In this document: positions 36,601-49,009 of the stretch, one piece after another
Position numbering within the stretch: position 1 is the first letter of the stretch
Layout: each line of letters opens with the position of its first letter
Source: Takakia lepidozioides
Lineage: Eukaryota; Plantae; Bryophyta
Direction of reading: 5' to 3'
Assembly (NCBI GenBank): GCA_030704615.1
Contig: CM060731.1
Span: forward strand, 75,268,001 to 75,332,000
Length of the DNA: 64,000 bases
Notes under the pieces: model-generated
Told to the model about the DNA's origin: nothing
The model's database searches: none
What the model saw: only the letters and a program-made list of their open reading frames with translations
Translations under genes and position numbers: made by a program

Positions 36601-37431
36601 ATGGAGGCGCTTAGGGCACATAGTGTGGTTGGTATTAGCTTACTGCCGGAGAGGGATGTGTGTCCTTGCTCACGCAGCAGCGTCGTGACAGATCTGTGCA
36701 TCGTACGAGACTATAGTAGCAGGTTGTTGACAAGAAGACTATCTCTGGCCACGGGCTCAAAGAAGTCAAGTAAGATTTTTTTATCAGGTCACAAAGTTCG
36801 AGAGGATAGTCCAAGGTCGAGGATCTCATGCCAAGCAGGAAGCGGAGTTTCGGTTTCGGAAAATGGAGATCCATACAGGTCAGTGCAAGACAGAGTAGGA
36901 GAGATCAAAGCGGAAAGAGAACGGCAAGGCTCAGATCCCGCACACATTACGTTTAGCGCGTCAGATACAGAGATGACAACAACTGCTAAATTCAAGAAGA
37001 TGAGAAACAGCGACAGAGCGATTCTACCTCCGAGGATGTGTACTCTACGGGCGTTCGGGCAGGGGGAAGGAGTGATGACTGGTTTAGAAGGGTCGGTTTA
37101 CGAGCTTCTGGCGGCCAGTATCGAAGCATCTGCCCAATTGCGCAGTTTTGAGATTTTATCAGGGCGCCTTGCCATGATGGCTTTTTTCGTCGCCATAGGA
37201 GTTGAGACGGTTACGGGAAGTAGTGTGTTCAAGGGCATTGACGTGAAGGAGCTTGGGCAGATAGCAGCTCTAAGTGCCCTGGCTGCGGTATCTGCGGCAG
37301 GGTTTGCATTAGCCTGGCGCGCGAAAGCTCACGTAGCCTCCACTCTGTCGACAGGCTGTCTCAATTTGGTCGATACAGCAGTCGACACGGTCATCGATGG
37401 TCTTTTCTACGATGAAGACAGTCTGACATAG
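36601..37431 (+). CDS. SEP2: Stress-enhanced protein 2-like (two-helix LHC-like chloroplast protein)
   Basis: Intact 276-aa ORF with a Ser/Arg-rich transit-peptide-like N-terminus, chlorophyll-binding motif FEILSGRLAMMAFFVAIGVETVTGSSVF, a second hydrophobic helix and a VD.VIDGLFYD C-terminus. Confidence 0.85.
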   Translation: MEALRAHSVVGISLLPERDVCPCSRSSVVTDLCIVRDYSSRLLTRRLSLATGSKKSSKIFLSGHKVREDSPRSRISCQAGSGVSVSENGDPYRSVQDRVGEIKAERERQGSDPAHITFSASDTEMTTTAKFKKMRNSDRAILPPRMCTLRAFGQGEGVMTGLEGSVYELLAASIEASAQLRSFEILSGRLAMMAFFVAIGVETVTGSSVFKGIDVKELGQIAALSALAAVSAAGFALAWRAKAHVASTLSTGCLNLVDTAVDTVIDGLFYDEDSLT

Positions 37432-38239
37432 GGACTAGACCGTCTCTATACTCAAGCAGCAGTCTTTGTGATGCCTTCCAGCGGAGCATGTCCTTTGTTA
37501 CTCCGCTGCTTACGTGCCCATGAGCAGGGTCGTTGGGTTGCGAAATACCTCTTGAGGTATGTACTGGTCGTAAATCATGCCAAAAAGTTGGAATCTTTCC
37601 ATTTAGTTGACGATGGAAGGGGTCTTTACATGCCTTCCAGTTTTGAGCTTCGTGTGAAGCAGTGTAAAAGTGGATTTCCATCTCATGACTTCATCAATGG
37701 AAGGTGGAAGAAGACTCGAATGGGTGAGGCGAAAAGTTTCCAGAAGAGGCGCAAAAGCAGCGATGAACTGAGCATTTCGTTTATGAGATATCGTTCTTCC
37801 CCTCAGGAAATTGGCTCTCTGTACATATTAGAGATACTTACACATTGGTAAGGTTTGATTGCCATTATAGCCGCAATTGGGCCACAATCGTGGCCCTTCA
37901 GCTGATTAACGAGGATTTGACAAATGCAGCTGATCGATTACCCTAAGTGCCTAATCTCAAGTTGACAGTAATTGCACTCGATAGAGGTATAGCTGTCATT
38001 GCAGTGTGCTTAGTAATCTAGTCACTCCGACCCTCCGAATGGCTTCGAGGGAGGGAGGAAGGTAGACAGCGTGTTTGTACTTGTACATAAGATATTGGGT
38101 GTTCAACATGTATTTAGCATAGGGTTGATTTACAAAGCCCTACAAATGCGTCTTCACAGCACATTTATGGCCCACACCCTTACAGCTGTTGCTGGTTTAG
38201 CTCCTCGTTATGGATTCTGAAAATTTGTAACCTTAATGG

Positions 38240-38456
38240 CTTTGTGTTTATTGGCTCTCTTGTAGAGAGAGACTTAGCAACTTGTTCAAGTCAATGGAGA
38301 AAATATGGTCAAAGGAACTTACACCGTGTTGAGGCTCCGATTGGTGTGTTGTGCTGAGTCATGGCCCTTACTCTCACCTTCCTCTTATGTTTTGCCAAAG
38401 CAAGAGAACTCATCTCAGTTTTTTTTCCTTTTTCCAAAATCGCAGGCGGGGCTACA
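38240..38456 (+). repeat. Dispersed repeat (probable LTR remnant), homologous to ~61555-61720 in reverse
   Basis: Shared TTGGCTCTCTTGTAGAGAGAGACTT...TGCTGAGTCATG...TTGCCAAAGCAAGAGA; both copies end in GGCTACA in this orientation. Confidence 0.7.
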
Positions 38457-39004
38457 TGTACCTTGTGCCCATGTGGCGAGACTAACGAGGTGACACGGTT
38501 AGAAAAGTGATTCCATGTGGTACGTTCTAAATGGGTCACCCTGGCAAAATTAGGCTCCTGCTACTCAGCTACTCACTTTTTTGGCGAAATTTTCGGATTT
38601 TACCCCCCAAAATGTTTTGTACTTGTAGCTGACCCATTGTCCAGGTCAAATTCTGACGACATTTTGCCAGCCAAAAAAAAAACACTGGAATCTAAGCATA
38701 CTTTGTCAAAAATATTTCTTATGTAAACATGTAAACCCAATGGTCATCTTATTTTATTTTATTCTATTCTATTAAAAATACTGAACCCCTAAAAGTAAAC
38801 AGCTTTTTTCTAACCTTAACTGCAAAAATTTCCCAGATTTATTCAACATTCAAAATTTTCTCAAAGATATGCATTGCTACATCTGCATTAAAATCTATAC
38901 ACCTTCACCGGTCAATCACGTTCATAATTGTATGGCTTAATTCCACCTCAAATTTCATGATATATTTCAATAAAAGTTGGAATATAATAACCATTTATTT
39001 TTCT

Positions 39005-39215
39005 TTTTTTAAAGGGAAACACCTGGGAGCGACAGCCGGCTCACAAATCAGGAATCAGGCCCCTTAATTATAGTGTGAGGAAAAAATATCCTCTTTCAAA
39101 GTAACCTCGCCCTTAAAGCTTTCGCATGGGACAAAAGCGGGAGAAGAATATACCACAACCATCCATGTAGTAGGATTTGACCTCAGAATCATCTGGGTGA
39201 CAGTGAGGGCACTAC
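39005..39215 (-). mobile_element. tRNA-derived SINE (same family as 6008-6732), head-truncated
   Basis: AAAGGGAAACACCTGGGAGC...CTCACAAATCAGG, TACCACA and AGGATTTGACC are shared with the first copy. Confidence 0.7.
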
Positions 39216-39268
39216 ATGGAAATAATCTGCAACCTTTGCAAAATAGAAAAATAAAGTCACAAATCTTA

Positions 39269-39911
39269 GCCTCTCATTTTTGAATAATTGGGAATTTAAG
39301 GCGCACATGGCGCCCGCGACCACCCGGAGGGTCCGGGTCTGCTCGCAGGTTGGGTCTGTTGGCAGGTCGGGTCTCTTGGCGGGTCTTGGGTCCAACTGAA
39401 TGGTCTGCTTGTCGCGCCGCAGCCCGCCCGCAGGACTTAGAAATTTTTGCGGGAAAACTCGCCCATCAATACACGTGCAACGCCAACCGAAACCATCGTT
39501 AATACACATTTGGCACAACAAGATTTGAACCCACAATCTCATAGGTACCACTCAATGCACCCAACCACCACAGTACCCACTGCTTGCTAATAACCTAACA
39601 TTTTTTTTCTCTCTTAACCTAAAAAACGGCCAGAGTCAGCCCCAACGCCGTCTAGGGTCAAGGGCCTGCGGACCCGACCTCGCGGCAGACCTACCCGAGC
39701 TGAGTGTCAGGGCATGTGGACCCTACCTAGCGGACCCTACCTAGCGGCAGACCCACCCGGGCCGAGTCTCGCGGTAAACCATACCTAGGGCAGACCCACC
39801 CGGGCCGGGTCATGGGTCGCAGCGGGGCCACCCAAGGGCGCCCGACGTCCGTGCGTGGGGCCCGCTGCCTGGCGTGAGCCTTAAACTCCCAATTATTCAA
39901 CAATGAGAAGC
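39269..39911. mobile_element. Non-autonomous Mutator-like element (MULE/MITE)
   Basis: TIRs GCCTCTCATTTTTGAATAATTGGGAATTTAAGGC and GCCTTAAACTCCCAATTATTCAACAATGAGAAGC; perfect 9-bp TSD CAAATCTTA (39260-39268, 39912-39920). Confidence 0.9.
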
Positions 39912-42099
39912 CAAATCTTATGACATTCCCAAATAGTTGTGATCCAACTAAGCCCAGTTCCCATAACAATCCCTCTCGTAATGTTGGACAGTTTCTCCTA
40001 GTTTCTAGATTTTCTAGCCTAGATTTGGATATATCTCCTTTGTAGATTTGGAGGGCAAGCAACACGTTGCACTTCCAGCACTTTGCCACCTTTCTCTTAT
40101 CTTAAGAAAAATTTGGGTTTGTTGTTCAAAAACGGAATGGTCCTAATGTTTTCAATCAAGTCAAAAAGATCCTCACAAATTTTTGATTGATTCCATCCAT
40201 GTAATCCCTAGTAGATGGAGTTTACATCTACATTGACCCATTGTTTCTTAATGCTTATCCAATGCGCCACCCATTCTTGCAAGAAACCCCATTCCACTTT
40301 GCCCTTCTCATGCTCATCTCTGTCACCTGCCAAACTACTGTTGGCATCGGAATAGACACTCCGGTAGAATAGATCTTCCTGCAAATGCTGCATGTTGGAG
40401 CTTTGGTTTCCGTTGAGAAGCCATAGAAAACTTTGCGTTGGAGTGAAACTGCGAGGCCACAAGATGGTCGCGTAGGCGTTTAGGGTTTGAAACAAGAGCC
40501 TTGTCGCACAGCACTTTCCTAGTGGAAGGACAAAATATAATTAAATAAATTAAAATTATTGAATGCAGGCTTAATAATACCATATATGCAATATATGTGA
40601 ACTTAGTGCATTTGTTCAAACGTGAATGGAGAGTCATAAATTGTAGTATTTAGAATTGTAATGTGTGAAAAGAAGTTTTGAATATTTATAGTTATTTGTC
40701 GATATGCCATCATGTTGCAAAATATTTACATCTTTTTACACACTCAGTTTGAATGCACCATTGTACCTTTTGCAGATGAATTACATTTGTTAATTCTGCG
40801 TAATTATGTCATGTCAGTGCTAAAACAGTTTCATGCTCGACCTATCTGAATTTCAATTTTCTTCGACAAATCTTAATGAGTTTTATCTCTTGCTTATAGG
40901 TAATATAAGTTAGTTCCTCACTCACCAAAGAAATTTTATGACATTATGGAACATTTTGATTTTGTACACTTATAATATTGCTTAATGTATGAGAGGACAA
41001 ATATGATTTTTTCAACGGTCAGGATCACGTCTGGAGGTGTAGATACGACACAGTAATAGTTGGCTTCCATGTAAGAATGGCCCTCTATGTACCTGGCCCA
41101 CGAATTAAGGGAGGAAACGGACAAAAATGGCCGGGTACACATATCTCTTCCATGTTTGAGACAGCATGGACCGGTCGCCAAGCTAGCGCGTTTGTAGCGA
41201 ACCCCGATAAAATGGGATGGGAGTTCGACGGATGAGTACAGCGAATTGATTGCAGTGTCCACTTACCTGCATGAGCCGGTTGCAAACCCACCACGACTTG
41301 CTAAAGCCATTTGCAACTTGCTTTGGAACATCCATCTATCGACCAACGATTGTTCTCAAACCTGGAGGAGGTTTCTTCTCCATATTGGAAGTAACCAGAC
41401 CGCAAATGTATTCAAATGTGGAAACAGTGACACAGAAAAAATTATTGAACTAACCAGGATGTCTTTCAAGACAAAATTTGAATATTAATCCCACCATATG
41501 CCTGCAACACTATGACTACAATAATATGATTGCACATATAGCGGCGCCAATTGGCCCCATGGACCATGTGGCAGACATAAAATCCAATGAGAGTCAGATG
41601 CATGACTCCACTAGGATAGTACCATAATAGTACCATGCAGACACGTGTCATTCATATGTCCAAGTATAGTCATATACATGACTGGCAACGCATTACACGT
41701 GCCAGTACATCACTCCACCACATGTGAAATCAACATATCAACACGTGTAGGCTCTGATGCCTCTCATCCACAGTCATATATCACAGTCATAACGTTGTCT
41801 AGAAGACCCTACTGACAAAGGAAACCTGACCCGTGCTCCGACCTACACGTGTAATTGATTTCGACTTGATGTACCATGGGCCAAAATCAACACCAACGGT
41901 TTCTGTCTTTGTTGTCCTTTTTCACAAGAATTGCATATGTCAATTCATCACAGAGGACCAAGAGAGGGAGTCCACAAGAAATGTTCTGGCATCTGTAGGG
42001 ATGTGAGGACACTATGTAATTGGTCAGATATAAGGTACAAACTTTAAAGCAATGAGGCATTTCATCAGATTCAAATGGCTACAATATTTTAGTACAACA

Positions 42100-42305
42100 A
42101 AATTTCAGTATTTCAGTATTTCAATCGAAATTTTCAGCAAGTATTTCAAGATTTCAATATTCAGCAAGTATTTCAAGCAAGTATTTTAATATTTCAGCAA
42201 GTTTCTCAGCAAAGTATTTCAAGCAAGTATTTTAATATTTCAGCTATTTCTTCAGCAAGTATTTCAGTATTCCAGTTAGTATTTCAACAAGCATTTCAAT
42301 ATTTT
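42100..42305. repeat. Low-complexity tandem repeat (TTTCAGCAAGTA-like)
   Basis: Repeated ATTTCAGCAAGT / ATTTCAAG units. Confidence 0.8.
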
Positions 42306-42676
42306 AATAATTAGTAAGCCTGAAGATCAGTGTTGCCATAATATTGTACATCAATATATAATTCATACATCAATAAAGTTCCGTCGGAGCCTTTCTATTT
42401 TATAAATAAAAATATTTTTCCTATATGCAGAACATGTTTAAAATATATTTTGAATATGTGATTATTTTATTTCAATATAACATTTGAAGGAAATTTTCTA
42501 CTTCGAGTCTTAGGGTGGAGCCATTACGCGACTAGCTTGTAGACATGTAGTTGGTCTATATTTTTCGAAATTGACAAAGATCTCGTCAAGTTATGCTTGC
42601 AATTATAAGTTGGCTAGAGGCCCGTTTCGAGCCGCGCGGGCGCTTAGAGAAAACTTGATAAACTCATTTTGGAGGA

Positions 42677-44900
42677 CACTACAACAAATTGCGGTTTTAT
42701 GACTATTTTTTAGTCAGATCATTTGTCATTTATGACTACTGGGGCCTGCTGAGATAAAAGTTTTGTCATGTCTAACATCACACTAAAAAGTCAGAAACTG
42801 ATATCTGTTGTGACTGTCATGTATGACTAGAGTTCTGGCATTACCCGGTATTTTCAGCAGTCTATGTTACTATTATTCGTATGCATATATACTACCTGAA
42901 CAAGACCTGCATATACTGAGGACTGCGCCAGAAAAGGTTGCCTACCAAGGACAAAGACCCCCCCCACATTTTGCATTGGCCTCACAAGAAGACAACACCA
43001 ACAAAGACATGAAATAATGAATGCACAAACGACTGTCATGACTCATTTTTGGGATAAAAAACGGTCCAAAATATGTACGGCAAAAAATCGTATGGATGGG
43101 TAAGTATCAAAACACCAGGGAAACAAATCTGGTGCTAAATGTGCACGTCCTCACAAAGACCCCCTGTGAAGAATTCTACAGGGCCTAGCGATTGTGAAAA
43201 CAAATAACCTTATCCCCTGAGCTTCTCTATCTTTACTAATTTGTCGCTCCATAGTGTATTGTTTCCCAAAGCATCCCCCAACTCTGTATGGGGTGGCCTC
43301 ACATCCACATAATCACCATCTTGTTCCCACAAAGCTTCCCCACGAGACCATCTGGAAAATCCCTATTACTGGCAGCAATATGCACTGACTCACAGAGCAA
43401 TCCATTTAGATAAAAAATTAGTAAGTGCTTATCACCTCGGACCTTCGGCAGAATGTACTCACCGACAATGGATTAGCGAGTGTTGAAAGGGAGGACAATT
43501 TCCCTCCCTTGGCCCTCCCCAGCCCCAACTGACAAGGGAGTGGTCAGAGAGAATAGTGAAGACTAGTCCAGCTAAAATCGGCGTAATTAAGAGCCACTTT
43601 GCCTTGTGACTACTCCCCCCTTAATTCGGGGGTGGGCCCTATAATGGGAGTGGTCACAGTTAAGTCAATGTGAGGCGCATTAGCAAGGTTGCTCTCATTC
43701 AAGTCCCCCCAGTGACTGCAACGATGATCTGTCGGTGGAGGTTCAGGGACGTTACGATGGGGAGCGCATGACCCCTCCATATTCAGCTTGCATGATGTTG
43801 ACGGTGGAGCCACACAAGAATTGTTTGGTGATTATGTATTGCCTGCACATGAGACTGACAATGACTATTTGTCAAACTTTCTTGCTATTGCTTTCTGGTA
43901 GTCCATCATCTGCTTCATAAAACCTCTTAGCTCACATATATCATTGCCATGCGGCATTCTGCCGTTGCCGCATTTCTTCCACTCACCGGACTACTGCTGT
44001 ATATCCAAAACTCCATTCCTGCCCTACAGAGGAACATGATAAATGCCGATGTGCATGCTAACACCATGAATGAAAAAAAGACATGTTTGAACCAGTGTTG
44101 GATTGGTATCGTGTTTTGGAGATACCAGGAGGGTCTTGGTAACTAGTATAAAAATTTAGAGATGTCCCAAACACGGGTACTATGCAATAATAATAATAAA
44201 AACCCAGATTTTGTTACTTGTAGGGTATCGATAATGCCAACATTTCACTTTTGCAGACTTGGTATCAACAAGTGTATGAAAACCTTGATACCCGCTGATA
44301 TCAACTTCGGGTAAAGTATCAAAAATTTACATTTCAGAGAGAAACACACTTTTTTTTTAATATTTAAAAAAAAAAGCTGAAGTGCGCACTTCAGCGGCTG
44401 AAGTGCACCACCTCAGCCGCTGAGTGCACTGAATATTATAACATGCATATGGAAACTTTTGGCCTTGCATTTATAATCATTTTCAGTGCCACTGTTTTTC
44501 TTTCCAACCACAAAGACTAATGCTGAATGCGACAGACACTACTACATATTAACGTTTTTATGACTACGGGTGATATAAACCTTGGTAACCATGACTATAT
44601 ATGTGACTACGAAGTGATGAAGCCCATTGATGGGTGCATTTTAATATATTTTAATCTAATGCAGTCATACATTTTACTACATGACTAGGAGCCACGGTCA
44701 AACATTGTTGACCAAGTACATAGGCTTGGTTTATATAACTAGTAGTCATACGCAACACTACACGTCGGACACGTGTCATATAAGCTTATGACTAAATGAC
44801 TACACCACTACTACACATTGATGACATGCCATAGAAGCTTATGACTATATGACTACAAGAGGTTTCACAGCTCTGTTTATATGACTACATCACCACACGT
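42677..44900 (+). mobile_element. CACTA (En/Spm)-type terminus with TATGACTAC/GTAGTCATA subterminal repeats
   Basis: CACTACAACAAA at 42677. Dense ATGACTA(C) motifs in both orientations at 42700-43045 and 44555-44890 (also 41510-41790). No matching right end was found. Confidence 0.6.
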
Positions 44901-45279
44901 GGCATCTTAAGGTATATACATGAATGGGTTCATCCATTGGATGACCTCATCCATCTATCTTTAATGAAGCACTTGTGTCAATGGAATGACACAAAGTGCA
45001 AAAAGTTAAAAAATTGAAAAAATTGCTTTAGGGTTGCCCACATTTAGCCGCGAACACAGAGGGCTGGGACTTAGCCTCCTTTTGTCTCCCTGCTACCATA
45101 TGTTTTTGTAGTATCGAGCCGAAGTAGCGAGAATGGAATGCGATGATCGCAGGATATGCAATGCAGGGGCGTGGGATTGAGGCTTTGCGACCTATTCTTG
45201 AGCAACTAATGTAGCTTTCTTGAGCTTATTCTTGAGCAAATGATGCATTAAGGGCGAGGATATGCAAGGGGGGTGTGGT

Positions 45280-48200
45280 ATAGAGGCTTCGGAGACGTAT
45301 GAGCAAATAATGCGGGAAGGGGTGAAGCCGGACCGGGTCACGTTCGTTTAAGTTTGCAATGCGTGTGCGAGCCTGGCAGGCCCTGGAGAAGGGTAAAAGG
45401 TCCATGGTGCCATTGTCAATTTGGAATTGTACCCGATGTCTGAACAATACCCTCATGGACATTGAGGATACAAAGGGAGTGTTTGAGAATTTGGCTGAAC
45501 GAAATGTCGTGGGATATTGGCTGTAATTATGTACATGTTCTGTGTATTCTTGGCTGGTGGGTTAATTGGTCCAACAAAGTCTAGTCCCCATTTCTGAAAT
45601 GGTTCCGTAGGCATTGTAGGATGCAAAGCCATCTTCCCAGATCTCTGCAAAGGCCCTAGCCTCTGACATTCATCACAACTCTCATGTTCGCATGAGGAAC
45701 TGGGACCAGGCTCCTTAATTGTAAGTGGGTGGCACTCACTGCAACAAATTCCACAACATTATTAGGAAACAGGTAATGATCAGCAAACATTGGTGACTAT
45801 TCATTGGAAAAGGGCAAAGAGGTCCATGGTGACATTGTCAGAACTGGAATTGTACCCGATGTCATTCTAAACAGTACTCTCATGGACATGTATGCAAAAT
45901 GTGGGTGCATCAAAGATGCAAAGGGAGTGTTAAACATAATGGCTGAACGAGATGTGGTGTCATGGAGTACGATGATTGCAGGCTATGCACAGCAAGGGCG
46001 CGGGATGGAGGCTTTGGAGACCTATGAGCACCTTCTTCAACACATTTCAGACTGTTTCCCCTGTTATCAGAGTCGTCCCTAAATTTTCAGGTTGAATTCT
46101 GCAAAGTTAGCTCTTGGTGCAAAAAGGTGAATGCCTGTTGGAAGCTCAAGTCAGCATATGAACTTGTGTGATAAGTAGGGTTGGGGTGTTTGCTGGAACA
46201 GAGAGGCAGAGATACCTGAAGGAGCAGGGATAGAGAGTGGGTCCAGATTCATCCAAGAGGGCCAAATTTCAAGCACAAGATTACTTATGATTCCCTGTGG
46301 ATCAATAGCTATAAGAAACCTGCATGGGTAGATGGTCGACTGGATGCCGCAACAGCAGCAGCACAACTGATAAAATTAGGCACTAGTAATCAAGGCACCT
46401 TCTTCAACACATTTCACCTTGTTTTTCCCTCTTATCAGAATCGGCCCTAAATTTCCATGTTGAATTCTGCAAGTTAGCTGGTTGAGTGAATGTAGTTTGG
46501 AGTGACTTTGCCATGATACTGCCACTATGACAACAAGAAAGTATCCAAGAACACGTAACAGATATGAGGAGAAACTGTGGAATGAATACTTTTCTGAACC
46601 CAGTCAATGGTGGGACACCGAGGCAAAAAGGTGAATGCCTGTTAGATTACAGGAGAGCAACAGATAGTGTAATAAGCTGAGTTGGGTGTTTCCTAGAACA
46701 AATCTAGGCTGTCATTATCAGCTGCAAGACAAGGATGTATGCATGATTTGTGTAGAGGCATGGATAGCTGAAGGAGCAGGGATAGAGTGTGGGTCCAGAT
46801 TCATCCAAGAGGGCTGGACTTCAAGCTCCAGATTACCTTGATTCCTGGTGGATTAGTAGCTACAAGAAACCTGCATGGGTAGATGGTCAACTAAAGGCAA
46901 CAGCTGCAGCGGCACAATTGATAAAATCAGGCACCTCAACCATGACCACAACTTCTGAAATTAGAGGATCAAGAGAGGGAGTCCACAATGCCTCCTCTGG
47001 CACTTCTGGGCATGTGAAGATACTTTGTGCAGTAGGCAGCCTGACAGAGGCTCTATAGACTCTAAACTAAGGAGGCATGTCAGCAGATTCAGATATGTAT
47101 ATCTGTCTCTTGCTTAAGTGCATCAAGATGGAAGGTCTGGAAGCTGGAAAGCAGGTGCACACTCACATTATCCAAAGTGGATTCACGCCAATTTTTTTGA
47201 TACTCAACACCCTTGTCAACATGTATGTTAAGTGCCGGAGCATCAGGGATGCTCACCAAGTGTTCAACATAATGCCTCCACAATAATTTGCATATTGAGT
47301 TTCTGGACTTGTATGATGAAGCCAGGGTGAGGAGGGTGCAGAACATGATTAAAAGGGCTGCACAGATGGACAGGGGCCTTTTGTGGTGTCCGCACCAGAT
47401 GGACCTATGCCCAGACTAAAGAGCATATTCTTCTTGCACATCAGGTCAGTTCTGTGTGTAAAAAGAATTCCACCCTATATCTGGTCAGATTATGTTGCTT
47501 AAATCTTGTTTGATGTTGAAGTTGATACCTAGCTGCTTCAGGAGAAGCACGAATCATGTGGGACTACATATCCTATTCAGGCCAGTGTTGTTCCACTTCA
47601 TTAGTTCAAACATGCTTCGAGTAACATGAAGATTTTTGGTTTATTGGTGAAGGTTTTACTCAAGTTCGCTCTGTTTTGTGTCTAACTCTTAGCTTGCCGG
47701 GGTTTGGGGTGGGCGCGGCACAAGGTAGGTGGGAGTGCCATCCTTGGTGTGCTTTCTCAATAAAGTGGATGCTGTTGAAGATGAGGAGTTATTGGAACTT
47801 GTTGAGATGGAATTGCGTGGTATAGTAGCTGCAACCCTTTTCCACCTCAGTTGGATACTGTTCAGCATGCCTTTTACCAACACCTTCATATTACAGCTGT
47901 AGGAATCCAAATCTAGTCTACATGACACTTTTATGCAATAGATTTTATGCACTCTTCCCAAGTGACCCTCTAGTTGACTGGGGCGGGTCGCTATGATCAG
48001 GGCTCACTAGGGATCTTGGTCTAGGGTCTAACCCACCAACACAGCCATTTATAGAGCATTCTCCTGCATGTAGGTGGGCCTTGAAGTATTAGTACAATGC
48101 CCAGCTTGTTTGTGTGTGGTAGTTTACTTAACAATGTCCCGATACACTTAAGATGAAAACCACTCTCTATCTGTCACGGTTGATTGCAGAGTTACTGTCA

Positions 48201-48960
48201 TTTTACAAGTTTTCTAGTGACGACATCCCCATAGTGAGAGGATCTGCCCTATCAGCAACATGGGTAGATGGTCACTGGATGCCGCAGCAGAGCGGCTTAA
48301 CTGATAAAATCAGGCACTGGTAATCAAGGCACCTTCTCCAACACATTTCACCCTGTTTTTCCCTCTTATCAGAATTGGCCCTAAATTTCCATGTTGAATT
48401 CTGCAAGTTAGCTGGTCGAGTGAATGTAGTTTGGAGTGACTTTGACATGATACTACCACTGTGACAACAGTAAAATATCCAAAAACACGTAACAGAATGA
48501 GAGAACTGTGGAATGATACTTTTCTGACCCCAGTCAATGGTGGGACACCGAGGCAAAAAGTGAATGCCTGTTAGATTACAGGAGAATAGCAACGCCATTC
48601 AGTATAGAACTAGTGTAATAGCTGAGTTGGGTGTTTCCTAGACTAAATCTAGGCTGTCATTATCAGCTGCAAGGCAGGATGTATGCATGATTTGCGCAGA
48701 GGCATGGATAGCTGAAGGAGCAGGATAGAGTGTGTGTCCAGATTCATCTAAGAGGCCAGATTTCAAAGCTCAATGATTACCTATGATTCCCTGTGGATCA
48801 ATATCTACCAGAAACCTACATGGGTAGATTGTCAACTAAAGGCACAGCTTGCAGCGGCAACAGTTGTATAAACCAGGCACCTCAACCATGACCCACACCT
48901 TCTCAAGAGGAATCAAGAGAGGGAGTCCAAATGCCTCTTCTGGCATTTCTGGGCATTTGA
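45280..48960 (+). pseudogene. Cluster of PDF-motif + PLS-PPR gene fragments
   Basis: PPR EKGKEVHGDIV..NSTLMDMYAKCG..RDVVSWSTMIAGYAQQGRGMEAL (45804-46030). PDF HPRGPNFKHKITYDSLWINSYKKPAWVDGRL (~46250-46340) and EEKLWNEYFSEPSQWWD (~46565-46616). Linker runs into ADSDMYICLLLKC..GKQVHTHII..NTLVNMYVKC (47077-47286). A further copy lies at 48265-48960. Confidence 0.85.
45515..45685 (-). mobile_element. Short Gypsy integrase fragment
   Basis: ECDECQR...PTEPFQKWGLDFVGPINPPAKNTQNMYIITA. Confidence 0.85.
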
Positions 48961-49009
48961 AGAGCATTTCAAGCAGTCATGTAACGTATGTTTGTCTCTT
49001 GTTTAAGTG

